A DNA stretch of 64,000 nt from Myxococcota bacterium (GTDB taxonomy: Bacteria; Myxococcota_A; UBA9160; UBA4427). The position numbers were made by a program, and so were the translations under genes. The stretch is taken from contig OZ252299.1 of assembly GCA_965250285.1 (NCBI GenBank), positions 5,984,001 to 6,048,000 of the forward strand. Direction: 5' to 3'. The notes under the pieces are model-generated. The model ran no database searches, had not been told where the DNA came from, and saw only the letters and a list, made by a program, of their open reading frames with translations. Positions 1 through 10,256 of the stretch are shown in pieces (position 1 is the stretch's first letter; each line of letters opens with the position of its first letter).

Positions 1-594
1 CTCCAGGTCTTCGGGTTCGATCAACAGCACGCCGGCGTCGGCAGCGTCGGAGTCGGGCTCGGTGTCGGTGTAGTGGGTCAGGGCGTAGATCGCGGTGCGG
101 CCGGCCGGTGTATCCCACCAGTACACGGGATTCGAGGGCGTCCCGATGATCGAATGACCGCCGTTCTCGAGGTGTGCGACCTCGGCGTCGAGGGCCGCCT
201 GACCATGGTCGAGCGCGTGATTGTTCGCGAGCGCCACGACTTCGAAGCCACCCGCATCGAGGACGGCGTCGACGAGGGCGCGGGGCTCGGGGTCGCCGGC
301 AGGCAGGAACTCGAGGTTGACGCTCCGCAGCGAGAAGTGTGCGAGGAGCGCTGCGTCGCTCTGGGCGAATCGCTCGAGGTCGTCCGGCAAGACCTCGTTC
401 GAGCGAAACCCGAGATCGCCCGCGAACGTCACGTACGCGAGATCGTCCCGGAGTTCAGCCGGCCCCATGAGCGCGATGGCCGTGCGATCCCCGACCGTGA
501 ACGTCGGCCAGGGGGCTTCCTCGACTGCGGCGCGCGTCGATCCCGCTGCCCCGAGCAGCACGCACAGCGATCCCCAGAGTGCGAGCCGGCGCAT
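1..594 (-). CDS. CapA/PGA_cap-family metallophosphoesterase with signal peptide (partial, runs off the window start)
   Basis: Not in the ORF track. Manual translation from ATG at 594, which overlaps the sulfotransferase stop (TGATG), gives MRRLALWGSLCVLLGAAGS...VTFAGD...SVNLE...GFEVVALANNHALDHG. These are the CapA-family motifs. No stop before nt 1. Confidence 0.85.
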   Translation of the reverse strand, partial: MRRLALWGSLCVLLGAAGSTRAAVEEAPWPTFTVGDRTAIALMGPAELRDDLAYVTFAGDLGFRSNEVLPDDLERFAQSDAALLAHFSLRSVNLEFLPAGDPEPRALVDAVLDAGGFEVVALANNHALDHGQAALDAEVAHLENGGHSIIGTPSNPVYWWDTPAGRTAIYALTHYTDTEPDSDAADAGVLLIEPEDLE

Positions 595-1568
595 CACGAC
601 GCCGATCGAGGGGCCGGCGGATCGGTGGCGGCCTGGGAGGGCGAACGCTCGGCGCTCCAAGCCGACAAGTCGCGGTCGAGCAGCTCGCCGAGTGCCCGCA
701 CCTCATCGACGAAGAACGCGCGAAGCTCGGCCTCGAACGCGGGCGAGAGCGCGGTGCGGCGCTGCGGCTTCCGGTTGGCCGAACGAAGTCGGCGCATCAC
801 GCCGAGATCTTCGACGCCGATCATTCGCTTGATTGCCTGGGCCGCCTCGAAGATGGGCTCGGGCGGGCGCTGCGTGAAGTTCGAGAGCCACCTGAGTCGG
901 TGGGTCTTGCTCTCGTTCACCGGGGCGAACTCGGCGCGGCCATCGTCGCTCACCCCGATGTGGGCGAGCGCGCGTCGGTAGGCGTCGGCCGCGTCTCGCT
1001 TGAAGTCGTCGAAGACGATCACCAGCAGCTGCTCGCGGTCGAACACGCGCAGAAACCGCTCGAGCTGCGTGCTGACGCTGGCGACCTCGGCGTACTGCAG
1101 GAAGGCTGGTTGTCGACACTTCTCGGGGATCGATCGACCCGCTCGTCGCTGGGCCTGCAGCCGCCACGCCGTCTCGAAGTCGGCCTCTGACTCGTCGTAC
1201 GTGTAGAGCAGCTGGGCGTGCAGCGAATGCACGAGCTCGACGGGGTCGCGCACCATGGCGATCAGGCGGGCGTCGGGCGCGAAGGCGTGAATCCGCTCGG
1301 CGGCGACCTGACTGAGGAGATACCAGACCGAGGCTTCGCCCCGCGCGATGTGGCCGGGTCTGGCCGGGTCGTAGAGACTCAGATAGCCGGGGAGCGAGTC
1401 GGGATCACCGACGGCGTAGTAGTCGAAGTCCCGGTTGAAGAAGTTCGGCTCTTTCGGATCGGTGACATAGACCTGTTCGTGCCCGCGCAGGTATTCGCTC
1501 AGCGCCGTCGTGCCGCACTTCGGAGCGCCGATGATGAAAAAGTTCGGCCCGGGCGGCGGCGTCGCCAT
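594..1568 (-). CDS. PAPS-dependent sulfotransferase
   Basis: PNFFIIGAPKCGTTAL (5'-PSB loop), KEPNFF, GEASVWYL and RDP..VHS (3'-PB). Start moved from 1658 to ATG 1568, which has an AAGGAGA RBS. Confidence 0.92.
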   Translation of the reverse strand: MATPPPGPNFFIIGAPKCGTTALSEYLRGHEQVYVTDPKEPNFFNRDFDYYAVGDPDSLPGYLSLYDPARPGHIARGEASVWYLLSQVAAERIHAFAPDARLIAMVRDPVELVHSLHAQLLYTYDESEADFETAWRLQAQRRAGRSIPEKCRQPAFLQYAEVASVSTQLERFLRVFDREQLLVIVFDDFKRDAADAYRRALAHIGVSDDGRAEFAPVNESKTHRLRWLSNFTQRPPEPIFEAAQAIKRMIGVEDLGVMRRLRSANRKPQRRTALSPAFEAELRAFFVDEVRALGELLDRDLSAWSAERSPSQAATDPPAPRSAS

Positions 1569-1940
1569 GCTGCGTGTCTCCTTCGCTCCCGCGACGACGC
1601 CGGTGCCGTGCGCGGGCCGCGCACTCGACTCGACGGTCGGGCACCCGGTCGCGAGCACCGGGGTCCATGATCGGCCGTTGCGACAGCTGGCTGGACTCGG
1701 GCGCCAGGCGCAGAGTTCATTCCCGGCTCATTTTACCCGCGGGGGAACACCTTCGAACTCTGAGGGGCGGCGCAGCCTAGCAGCGCCGGGGCGCATCGTC
1801 GCGGCCCGATTCGTCCGCCACCTCGCGGGGTTGTGGTGCCACTCACGAAACCGGGCTTCACTCCCGGCGAAGCCGGTTCGAGCCGCGCACCCGTGTCCCC
1901 GAAGGCTCGAATGCGCCCGCGGAAGGTTGGAAGACAGGCC

Positions 1941-3347
1941 TTGAGACGCCCCCTCAACACGATCTACGCCGCGCTGCCGATCCCGCTGCAGAACCTGATG
2001 TGCACGGTCGACGGCTATCGCCGCTTTCGGCAACGCTTCACGTCGCGGTTTCGGCGGCGGCTGGCCGAGCTCGAGGCGTCGGTCGATCGACCCGTCGAGT
2101 GGCACTACGAGAACCAGTGGACCGAGCTGCGTTCGCTGCTCGGCCGCGCGCGCCGCCACGTGCCCTACTACAAGTTCTTGCCCGAGCCGATCGAGACGGG
2201 GGATCCGCAAGAGTCGATCCTCAAGACTCTCGGGGCGATCCCGCCGCTCGAGAAGAGCGTCTACCGGGCGCGCACGCGAGACTTCCTCGCGAGCGACGTG
2301 CCGCGTCACCGCTACACGCGACGCTTCACGAGCGGCACCACGGGCACGGCCCTCGAGATCTTCGACAGCGCCGATCGCTTCGCCGACAACTACGCGACGG
2401 TGTGGCGCCAGCGCCGGTCGTTCGGTGTCGACTTCGAAGACCCTTTCCTCGCCTTCACCGGTCAGATGGTGACGCCTCTGAAGCAGGCCCAGGCGCCCTT
2501 CTGGCGGGAGGACAGCTACTCGAAGCGCACGCTGTTCTCGATCTACCACATGTCGACCGAGCACCTGCGTTCGTACGTCCGCCCGATCCTCGATACGCAC
2601 GCGTCGTATGCCGAAGGCTATCCGTCGGCGCTGCACCTCGTGAGCCGCGCGATGCTCGAATCGGGGGAGCGTCTGCCGCCGGGCCGCCTGAAGGGCGTGT
2701 TCACGTCGTCCGAGTCGTTGCTCGCCTATCAGCGCGACGCGATCGAGGAGGCGTTCGGCGCGCCGGTGCGCGATCACTACGCGTCGACGGAGCACATCGT
2801 CGCCATGACGGCGTGCGAGGAGAACCACCTGCATGTCGACATGGAGTTCGGCATCGTCGAAGTCGAGCCCGTCGAGGAGACCGAGGACTGGGTGCGCGGG
2901 CCGCTGCTGGTCACCGGTCTCGGCTCGCCCGCTGCTCCGATGATCCGCTACCGCATCGGCGACGTCGGGACGCGCTCGAAGCGGCCGTGTCCGTGTGGGC
3001 GACCGGGCGAGGTCTTCCTTGACATCGACGGCCGCATCGAAGACTACGTGGTCACACCTTCGGGTCGCATGGTGGGGCGTCTCGACCATGTGTTCAAAGG
3101 TCGCTTCGACATCGCCGAGGCCCAGATCGTGCAGGACGACGACTACGCGCTCTCGGTCAACGTCGTGCCGGCGCCCGAGTTCAACGACCAGAGCGTGCGT
3201 CTGCTGGTTCGATCGTTGCGCGACCGTCTGGGCGAAGAGATGCCGGTGGGCGTCGACGTCGTCGACAGCATTCCCCGCGAACAGAACGGCAAGTTCCGGG
3301 CGGTGAAGTCGAGCATCGGTTCGCGCTTCGGTGAGAACCCGGCGTGA
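1941..3347 (+). CDS. Phenylacetate-CoA ligase/CapK-like adenylate-forming enzyme (paralog 1)
   Basis: TSGTTG P-loop, GYPS, SSE, YASTE, PMIRYRIGD, DGR and C-terminal GKFR. TTG 1941 chosen because it aligns with the N-terminus of paralog 2; ATG 1911 is the alternative. Confidence 0.85.
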   Translation: MRRPLNTIYAALPIPLQNLMCTVDGYRRFRQRFTSRFRRRLAELEASVDRPVEWHYENQWTELRSLLGRARRHVPYYKFLPEPIETGDPQESILKTLGAIPPLEKSVYRARTRDFLASDVPRHRYTRRFTSGTTGTALEIFDSADRFADNYATVWRQRRSFGVDFEDPFLAFTGQMVTPLKQAQAPFWREDSYSKRTLFSIYHMSTEHLRSYVRPILDTHASYAEGYPSALHLVSRAMLESGERLPPGRLKGVFTSSESLLAYQRDAIEEAFGAPVRDHYASTEHIVAMTACEENHLHVDMEFGIVEVEPVEETEDWVRGPLLVTGLGSPAAPMIRYRIGDVGTRSKRPCPCGRPGEVFLDIDGRIEDYVVTPSGRMVGRLDHVFKGRFDIAEAQIVQDDDYALSVNVVPAPEFNDQSVRLLVRSLRDRLGEEMPVGVDVVDSIPREQNGKFRAVKSSIGSRFGENPA

Positions 3348-4825
3348 TCCGCGCCGGTCTCGCGCACACCCGACCGCACTACGCCGGTCTCGAGTCGCCT
3401 TTCGGTCCGGGCCGCGCCTATCCCGAGCTCGCGTCGCTCCTCGGCGACACCGCGGCCGACGGACCCGAGAACCCCGTCTACGCTGCGGTTCGCAGCGCAC
3501 TGCACGGCCTCGGGCTCGACGACGAGCACTGGGGCACGCCGGCCTGGAACCCGCTCGCTGGCCTCGTGCGTCGAGGCGGTCGCGTCGCGCTCAAGCCGAA
3601 CTTCATTCGGCACTGGAATCCGAGCCCGCACGGCACCGTCGAGAGCGTCATCACCCACGGATCGATCGTGCGCGCGATGGCCGACTACGCCTTTCTCGCC
3701 GTCGGGCCCGAAGGGGAGGTCGAGATCAACGAAGCGCCGCAGATGGACTGCCGCTTCGACGAGATCCGCCGCATCGTCGGTCTCGACACCCTGGTCGCGT
3801 TCTACGAGCGCGAGATCGGTCGTACGCTCGGGATCATCGATCTGCGGCGCGAAGAGGTGCGCTTCGAGGACGGCATCATCGTCGAGCGCACGCCGCTGCC
3901 GGGCGATCCCCGGGGCTACCGCGTCGTCGATCTCGGCGATCGCAGCTTCTTCGCCTCGTCGGGCCTCGACCCCGATCGCTTTCGCGGCGCCGACTACGAC
4001 TCGAAGCCCACGGGCGATCACCACCGCGACGGACGAAACGAGTACCTGCTCTCCGAATCGGTCCTCTCGGCCGATCTGGTCGTGAACCTGCCCAAGCTCA
4101 AGACGCACAAGAAGACAGGCGTGACGCTCGCGCTCAAGAACCTCGTCGGCATCAACGGCGACAAGAACTGGCTCCCCCATCACAGCGTGGGCGGCGTGAG
4201 TGCGGGCGGCGACGAGTTTCCGGGCGGCGCCTGGATCGACCGGCTGCGAAGCCGCGCCACAGAGCTGGCCCGGCCGCTGCTCAAGCGCGGGCGCGGCCTG
4301 GGTCTCTTTCGGCTCTTTCGGCAGGTCGAGGATCGGACCCGGGGGAGCGACTTCATCCGCTCGGGCAACTGGCACGGCAACCAGACGACGTGGCGCATGG
4401 TCCTCGACTTGAACCGCTGCCTCTATTACAGCGACCGCAAGTCGTTGCAGCTCGACGCGCCTGGCCCCGTGCGCACCGTGCTCAATGTGATCGACGGCGT
4501 CGTCGCCGGCGAGGACGAAGGCCCGCTGGCACCGGCCGATCGACCGCTCGGCGCGGTGATCGCTTCGACCGATCCCATCGCCGCCGATCTGGTTGCGCTG
4601 GGGTTGATGGGCTTTCGCTGGGAGCGGATCCCGAAGATTCGCGAGGCGATGGCCGATGAAGTGGCAAGCGTGACGTCGGTACGAAGGACGAGCGACGTGA
4701 TCGTGGGTGAGGTGGCCGAGGCGTCCGATCGGCGCGAGGATCGGTCGCTCGCCGAGATCGGGACGGATCGACCGTTCCGGCCGCACGTCGGCTGGCGGGG
4801 CACTCTGGAAGGCGGAGTTTCGTGA
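3344..4825 (+). CDS. DUF362 domain-containing protein
   Basis: VALKPN, ADLVVNLPKLKTH..TGVTLALKNLVG, IDGVVAGEDEGP and DPIAAD motifs. GTGA overlap with the upstream gene. Confidence 0.85.
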   Translation: MIRAGLAHTRPHYAGLESPFGPGRAYPELASLLGDTAADGPENPVYAAVRSALHGLGLDDEHWGTPAWNPLAGLVRRGGRVALKPNFIRHWNPSPHGTVESVITHGSIVRAMADYAFLAVGPEGEVEINEAPQMDCRFDEIRRIVGLDTLVAFYEREIGRTLGIIDLRREEVRFEDGIIVERTPLPGDPRGYRVVDLGDRSFFASSGLDPDRFRGADYDSKPTGDHHRDGRNEYLLSESVLSADLVVNLPKLKTHKKTGVTLALKNLVGINGDKNWLPHHSVGGVSAGGDEFPGGAWIDRLRSRATELARPLLKRGRGLGLFRLFRQVEDRTRGSDFIRSGNWHGNQTTWRMVLDLNRCLYYSDRKSLQLDAPGPVRTVLNVIDGVVAGEDEGPLAPADRPLGAVIASTDPIAADLVALGLMGFRWERIPKIREAMADEVASVTSVRRTSDVIVGEVAEASDRREDRSLAEIGTDRPFRPHVGWRGTLEGGVS

Positions 4826-7011
4826 AGCAGATTCTTCAGAACGCCCGCTCGGGCAGTCTCGAGCTGATCGAGGTGCCGGCGCCGATGCCCGCGCCCGGCC
4901 AGATCCTCGTGCAGACCCGCTACTCGGTGATGTCGCCGGGCACCGACAAGGTCGCGATGAGCTTCGCGCGCAAGTCGATGCTCGGAAAGGCGCGCTCGCG
5001 CCCCGATCTCGTCCGCCAGGTCGTGACGAAGCTGCAGCAGGAAGGTCCCTCGGCGACGTATCGCACGGTCACTTCCCGGCTCGATGCACCGCAGCCGCTC
5101 GGCTACTCGAGCGCGGGCATCGTGCGCGCCGTCGGCCCCGACGTCACCGAGTTCGCGGTGGGCGACCGGGTCGCGTGCGCGGGCGCGGGCTACGCGAATC
5201 ATGCCGAACTCGTGAGCGTGCCGTGCAATCTCGCGGTTCGCGTGCCCGACGAGGTGCCGCTCTCTGCCGCCGCGTACTCGACGCTCGGTGCGATCGCGAT
5301 GCAGGGCCTCCGCGTGGCAGAGCCGACTCTGGGCGAGACGGCGGCCGTGGTCGGTCTGGGCCTCGTCGGTCAGCTGACCGTGCAGCTGCTGCGCGCAAAC
5401 GGCTGTCGGGTGCTTGGCCTCGACCTCGACGAACGCCGCGCCGCGCAGGCCAAGAGCCAGGGTGCGACCTGGGTCGCCAAGCCGGGCGAGCTGGGCGACG
5501 CGTGGATGCGGGCCCACACCGATGGCGCCGGCGTCGACCTCGCCTTCGTGACGGCCGCGTCGAGCTCGTCGGCGCCCCTCGAGCTGGCCGCCGAGCTCTG
5601 TCGGCGCAAGGGCCGAATCGCCTTCGTCGGCGCGATGCCGATCGAGCTCGATCGCCGCGTCATGTACGACAAGGAGCTCGACCTGCGCATGAGCATGTCG
5701 TACGGGCCGGGCCGCTACGACCGGCGGTACGAGGAGCAGGGCCTCGACTATCCCATCGCGTACGTGCGGTGGACCGAGAACCGCAACCTGCGCGCCTTTC
5801 TCGAGCTGATCGAGTCGGGCGCGATCGACCCCCTCAAGCTCGATACCGAGACGCGCCCCTTCGAAGACGCCGTGGAGGCCTACGAAGAGCTCGAAGCGGG
5901 GCGGGCTTCGTCGCTCGCCGTCGTGTTCGAGTACGCCGAGCGCGTCGAGGAGACGCGAAGCGTCGTGCTGCGCGACGCGCCGACGCCCAAGACGCGCGAA
6001 GAGACGGGCGTGGCGTTCATCGGTGCGGGCAACTACGCGAAGGCCGTGCTGCTGCCGCTGCTCAAGAAGATGCCGCGGGTCGATCGGCTCACGCTCGTGA
6101 CGGCGACGGGTCCGTCGGCGAGACAGACCGCCCGCACCCAGGGCTTCCGCGGCTGCAGCACCGAGCCCGAGGCGGTCTTCAAGGACCCGAACGTCGACTT
6201 CATCTTCGTGACGACGCGCCACGACACGCACGTCGACTACGCCGTGCAGGCGCTCGAGAATCAGAAGGGCGTCTGGCTCGAGAAACCCGCGGCCCTCGAC
6301 ATCCCCGAGCTCGAGCGGCTGCTCGCGATGCGCGACGAGACCGACGGCTTTCTGAGCATCGGCTACAACCGGCGCTTCAGCTCGCACACGCGCGCGATCC
6401 AGGACATCTTCGCCAAGCGCGAAGGGCCGATGATGATGCACTACCGGGTGATCACGCCGGCCCCGCCGCCCGACAGCTGGCTGCTCGATCCGAAGGAGGG
6501 CGGGGGACGCATCGTCGGCGAGGCGTGTCACTTCATCGACCTGTGCAACGCCATCGTGGGCGCCCACGTCGAGCGGGTGTACGCGCGGGCGCTGGTGCCC
6601 GGTGGCCTCGACGACACCGTCACTTCGATTCTCGAGTACGCCGACGGTTCGGTGGCGACCATCGACTACCTGGCGAACGCGGGCTCCGAGTTGCCGAAAG
6701 AGGTGTTCGAGGTGTCGGCCGACGGTTGTACGGCGATCTGCGACAACTACCGTCGCACGCGCGTGACCGGGGGGAGCGACTACCGCACCTTCAATCAGGA
6801 CAAGGGCCAGGGCCATGCGATCGGGGAGGTGCTTGCCGCACACCGCGAAGGCCGGCCGAGCCCGTTCTCGGGCGCCGACATCGCGAACGTGTCGCTCGCG
6901 ACGTTTGCGATCGAGCGGTCGGCGGCGGAAGGCCGCGCCATCGAGATCGACACCGAAGGGGTGCGGCTTCGCGCGGCCGGTGACGCCCAGGAAGAGGCCG
7001 ACGCGAGCTGA
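4822..7011 (+). CDS. Bi-domain oxidoreductase (Zn/MDR alcohol-dehydrogenase-like + Gfo/Idh/MocA)
   Basis: N-half has SPGT, PLGYSSAG, GLGLVG and SYGPGRYD. C-half has IGAGNYA, EKP, GYNRRFS and GEACHFID. This fusion is typical of polysaccharide clusters. Confidence 0.9.
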   Translation: MKQILQNARSGSLELIEVPAPMPAPGQILVQTRYSVMSPGTDKVAMSFARKSMLGKARSRPDLVRQVVTKLQQEGPSATYRTVTSRLDAPQPLGYSSAGIVRAVGPDVTEFAVGDRVACAGAGYANHAELVSVPCNLAVRVPDEVPLSAAAYSTLGAIAMQGLRVAEPTLGETAAVVGLGLVGQLTVQLLRANGCRVLGLDLDERRAAQAKSQGATWVAKPGELGDAWMRAHTDGAGVDLAFVTAASSSSAPLELAAELCRRKGRIAFVGAMPIELDRRVMYDKELDLRMSMSYGPGRYDRRYEEQGLDYPIAYVRWTENRNLRAFLELIESGAIDPLKLDTETRPFEDAVEAYEELEAGRASSLAVVFEYAERVEETRSVVLRDAPTPKTREETGVAFIGAGNYAKAVLLPLLKKMPRVDRLTLVTATGPSARQTARTQGFRGCSTEPEAVFKDPNVDFIFVTTRHDTHVDYAVQALENQKGVWLEKPAALDIPELERLLAMRDETDGFLSIGYNRRFSSHTRAIQDIFAKREGPMMMHYRVITPAPPPDSWLLDPKEGGGRIVGEACHFIDLCNAIVGAHVERVYARALVPGGLDDTVTSILEYADGSVATIDYLANAGSELPKEVFEVSADGCTAICDNYRRTRVTGGSDYRTFNQDKGQGHAIGEVLAAHREGRPSPFSGADIANVSLATFAIERSAAEGRAIEIDTEGVRLRAAGDAQEEADAS

Positions 7012-7057
7012 CCGCTCGGCGCGATCTCGCCGCCTCGTTCTTCACAGGGCCCTGGGC

Positions 7058-8164
7058 TCAGCGTTGCCGAATCGCCGATGCCACCGACTTCGCCCAGCGT
7101 TCGACGCCGTGGTCGGCGATGACCTCGAGTGATCGGCGCCCCATCGCCGCACGCGCTTCGGGTGTTGCGCGCTCCATCTGAAACAGGGCCTCGACCATCG
7201 AGTCTTCGTCGTGCGGGTCGAGGGCGAAGCCGTTGACGCCTTCGTCGAGCAGCTCGGGGAAGCAGCCACACGTTTCGGAGAGCGCCAGCGGCATGCCCGC
7301 GTGCATCGCCTCGTTGACGACGAGGCCCCAGTTCTCCGAGTAGGAAGGCAGGATGAGCGCGCCTTCGCGCACGTAGAGCTCGACGAGCGCGTCGAACTGC
7401 AGATGCCCGAGAAACTCGATGGCCGGCGTGTCTTCGGCCAGCGTCTTCAGGCGGGCCACGGTCTCGGCGTCGCCGGTGCCGGCAATGCGCAGGCGCCAAG
7501 TGCCCCCCTCGCGCACGTAGCGCGCGAAGGCCGGGATGAAGGCCTCGAGGTTCTTGAGCACGAGGAAGCGGCCGACGAACAGGAACGACGAGTCGCGTTC
7601 GCCGGAGCTGGTTTCGCGCGCCCGCTCGATCGGCCCCGCGTCCACGGGGTTGCCGCACTCGGTCATCCGATCCGGCGAGACCCCGAAGCTTTCGAGGTAT
7701 TCGCGCCCTCGCAGGCCCGTTACGAGGTAGCCGTCCCAGCCGCGGTAGACGAAGCCCTTGAGCCACTCCTTCCAGCCGAAGCGGGGGTGATCGGCGATCG
7801 TCGCAGCCCAGCGCGTGAACGCACGAATGCCCAGTCGGTGCGCGGTGCCGCGCAGCAGGAACTGGACGGGGTCGGCCGGGGCATCGATGATGATCACGTC
7901 GGGCCGCGTGCGAGCGAGATGGGCCCGCGCGGCGCGCACACGCTTGGCGAGCGGCAGGTCTTCGTAGACCCCCTCCATCACGGTATCGACGAGCTCGCGG
8001 TCCTCGTCGGTGAGCACGTAGTTGCGGGTGCGCTCGCGCGATGCGAGTTCGACCCCGCGACAGCGAAAGCCCGGCACGGCGTCGAGCGCGCGGATGCGCG
8101 CGATGTGAGCCGGGCCGAGCGTCCACTGGTAGTAGGCGACGACGAGGTCGCGGCCCTCGGTCAT
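7058..8164 (-). CDS. GT4 glycosyltransferase
   Basis: FLFVGRF..LKN and ILPSYSENWGLVVNEAM (EX7E). Start at ATG 8164 preferred over GTG 8236. Confidence 0.9.
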   Translation of the reverse strand: MTEGRDLVVAYYQWTLGPAHIARIRALDAVPGFRCRGVELASRERTRNYVLTDEDRELVDTVMEGVYEDLPLAKRVRAARAHLARTRPDVIIIDAPADPVQFLLRGTAHRLGIRAFTRWAATIADHPRFGWKEWLKGFVYRGWDGYLVTGLRGREYLESFGVSPDRMTECGNPVDAGPIERARETSSGERDSSFLFVGRFLVLKNLEAFIPAFARYVREGGTWRLRIAGTGDAETVARLKTLAEDTPAIEFLGHLQFDALVELYVREGALILPSYSENWGLVVNEAMHAGMPLALSETCGCFPELLDEGVNGFALDPHDEDSMVEALFQMERATPEARAAMGRRSLEVIADHGVERWAKSVASAIRQR

Positions 8165-8542
8165 CGAGCGGTCCAGGCTGAGGGAGAGCGCTCTTCGCGC
8201 TCGCCCCCGGAGGGGGCCGGCCGCATCGTTCGACACCCGCGCGCGACCCGGGTCGTCGATCTTCGAGTGAAGGTGGACGCGGGCGACGTCGATAACGGCG
8301 GAGCCTCCGTCGCGGGCGCGGTCGACGCGCAGCGTGTGCGGATCGCGCGGACGCTCGTTGTCGCATGCGGATGGGGCGCGCCCTTCGGCGTCGGATCCGC
8401 AAGCGCCGCGCGTGGCTCGGCCTCTGATCGAAGTGGCATGTGGACGCCACGATCGAGGCTCGGCAGTATTGGCGCGCGCTCGTGAGGAAACGCAAGGCCC
8501 GCGGGCCTTCCCGACCCGGGCGATCCCGGCCAGAGATTCGAC

Positions 8543-10090
8543 TTGGCGACGACGAACTCCAGACGTCTGATCAGCAACACCATCATCAACATGGTGTCGC
8601 AGGTCCTGGCTGCCGTCATCGGTTTCGCACTCGTCGGCTTCTTTCTCTCGCAGATCGGCGAGGATCGCTACGGCGTCTGGATCCTCGTCGGATCACTGTT
8701 TGCGTACAAGAGCCTGATGTCGATGGGCCTGAACTCGGCCGTGAACCGCTACGTGCCGGTTCATCTCGCCGAGGACGACATGGATGGCGTCGTGCGCGTC
8801 GTGTCGACGGCCTTCGCCTACTTCTTGATCCCGTCGGCCGTGCTCGCAGCGACGGCCTTCCTCTTCTACGTCCACTTTGCCGATTGGTTCAGCGTCCCGC
8901 CTGAACTCGTCGAAGAGGGGCGTCAGCTCGCGATCATCGTCGGCGTCTCCTTCGCCATCTCACTGCCGTTTCAGGTCTACAACGCAGTGCTCACGAGCTA
9001 TCAGCGCTTCGATCTCGTGAACCTCTCGCTGATGACGACGATCCTCGGACGCACCATCGCCGTCGTCCCGCTCCTGCTCGACGGTCACGGTCTCATCGCA
9101 ATGGGATACACGTACGCCGCTGGGGAAATCGCGGGACGCCTGGTGGCCGTGGTCGCAGCGGTTCGCCTGATGGGGGGCTTTCGGCTCTCTGCGAAGGCCG
9201 TCGACCTCCGCTTCCTGGGCGAGATGTTCGGCTATGGCACGAGCACGATCCTCTACCTGTCGGGCTCGGTCGTGATCTTTCAGTCGGCCGAGCTCGTCAT
9301 CGGCGCACTGATCTCGGCCGCGGCCGTCTCGCGATTCCACGTCGGCGTCACGCCGATCCTGCTGTTGATCACTGCGATTCAGGTGTTCGCGCGCGCGGTC
9401 AAGCCCGCCGTGAGCGATCTCGACGCTCGTTCGGAGCACGGGCGCATCGAAGAGATGGCGCTGTTGGGTCAGAAGTACACCGTGGCCGTGATTCTTCTGG
9501 CGACGGCATACCTCGTGCTCCTCGGCGAGCGGTTCTTCGACGTCTGGATCGGCGACCGCTACACCGACGCCACCGCCATCGGTGAGATCGCGGGGGTCGC
9601 GACGGCGCTGGTGATCGGAGCGGCCAGCCGGCTCACGCAGTACACGAACTTCATCGTGCTCGTCGGCAAGGGCACGCATCGCGTGTTCGGCATCGTGGCC
9701 GTGACGACGGTCATTCTGGGCATCCTCGCCTCGATCGGCGTCATCTTGCTCGCCGGCGGCGGCATCGTGGCCGTCGCCTGGGCCTGCGTCGTGCCCATGA
9801 TCGTGGCGTCGCTCGGGATCCTGCCCTTCTACTTCAGCTCGGCGATGGGGATCCCGCTCGGCCAGTCGATCCGCGAGAGCTGGCTCCCTGCCATCTTCTC
9901 GGCCGCGCCGGGCATCGTCGTCATCGTCGCGGCGGCCTGGTGGCTGCCCGTGACGACGTGGCTCGAGCTGATCGGAGTCATGCTGGCGGCGGGCATGGCT
10001 TCGGCCGTCGCGGGGTGGATGTTCGCGCTCCGTCCGATCGAACGGGCGCGGATGCTCGCCGTCGTTCGCTCGCGGGCGAGGCGGCATTGA
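8543..10090 (+). CDS. Wzx-type oligosaccharide flippase (MOP superfamily)
   Basis: About 12-14 hydrophobic segments; N-terminal LISNT..N pattern and G...YGVW...GL..AV.RY. Polysaccharide-locus context. Confidence 0.88.
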   Translation: MATTNSRRLISNTIINMVSQVLAAVIGFALVGFFLSQIGEDRYGVWILVGSLFAYKSLMSMGLNSAVNRYVPVHLAEDDMDGVVRVVSTAFAYFLIPSAVLAATAFLFYVHFADWFSVPPELVEEGRQLAIIVGVSFAISLPFQVYNAVLTSYQRFDLVNLSLMTTILGRTIAVVPLLLDGHGLIAMGYTYAAGEIAGRLVAVVAAVRLMGGFRLSAKAVDLRFLGEMFGYGTSTILYLSGSVVIFQSAELVIGALISAAAVSRFHVGVTPILLLITAIQVFARAVKPAVSDLDARSEHGRIEEMALLGQKYTVAVILLATAYLVLLGERFFDVWIGDRYTDATAIGEIAGVATALVIGAASRLTQYTNFIVLVGKGTHRVFGIVAVTTVILGILASIGVILLAGGGIVAVAWACVVPMIVASLGILPFYFSSAMGIPLGQSIRESWLPAIFSAAPGIVVIVAAAWWLPVTTWLELIGVMLAAGMASAVAGWMFALRPIERARMLAVVRSRARRH

Positions 10091-10256
10091 CCCGCGCGGG
10101 ACGATGCGGGAGAGCACTTCCCCTCGGGGAAAATGGCGGTGTGATCTATAGTCCGGGGCTTCAGTTCGAGCTTCTTCGCTCCGAGTTGACGGTAGAGCGG
10201 TCGGCCGCCTGCCGGCGGTTCTCCGCCCCCGTGTCCGCGCGCACCCGGAGTCGACC

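Noticed and set aside
1..594. Poly-gamma-glutamate capsule synthesis locus
   Set aside because: Only a CapA-family domain is present. No capB or capC is in the window, and CapA-like domains are widespread without them.
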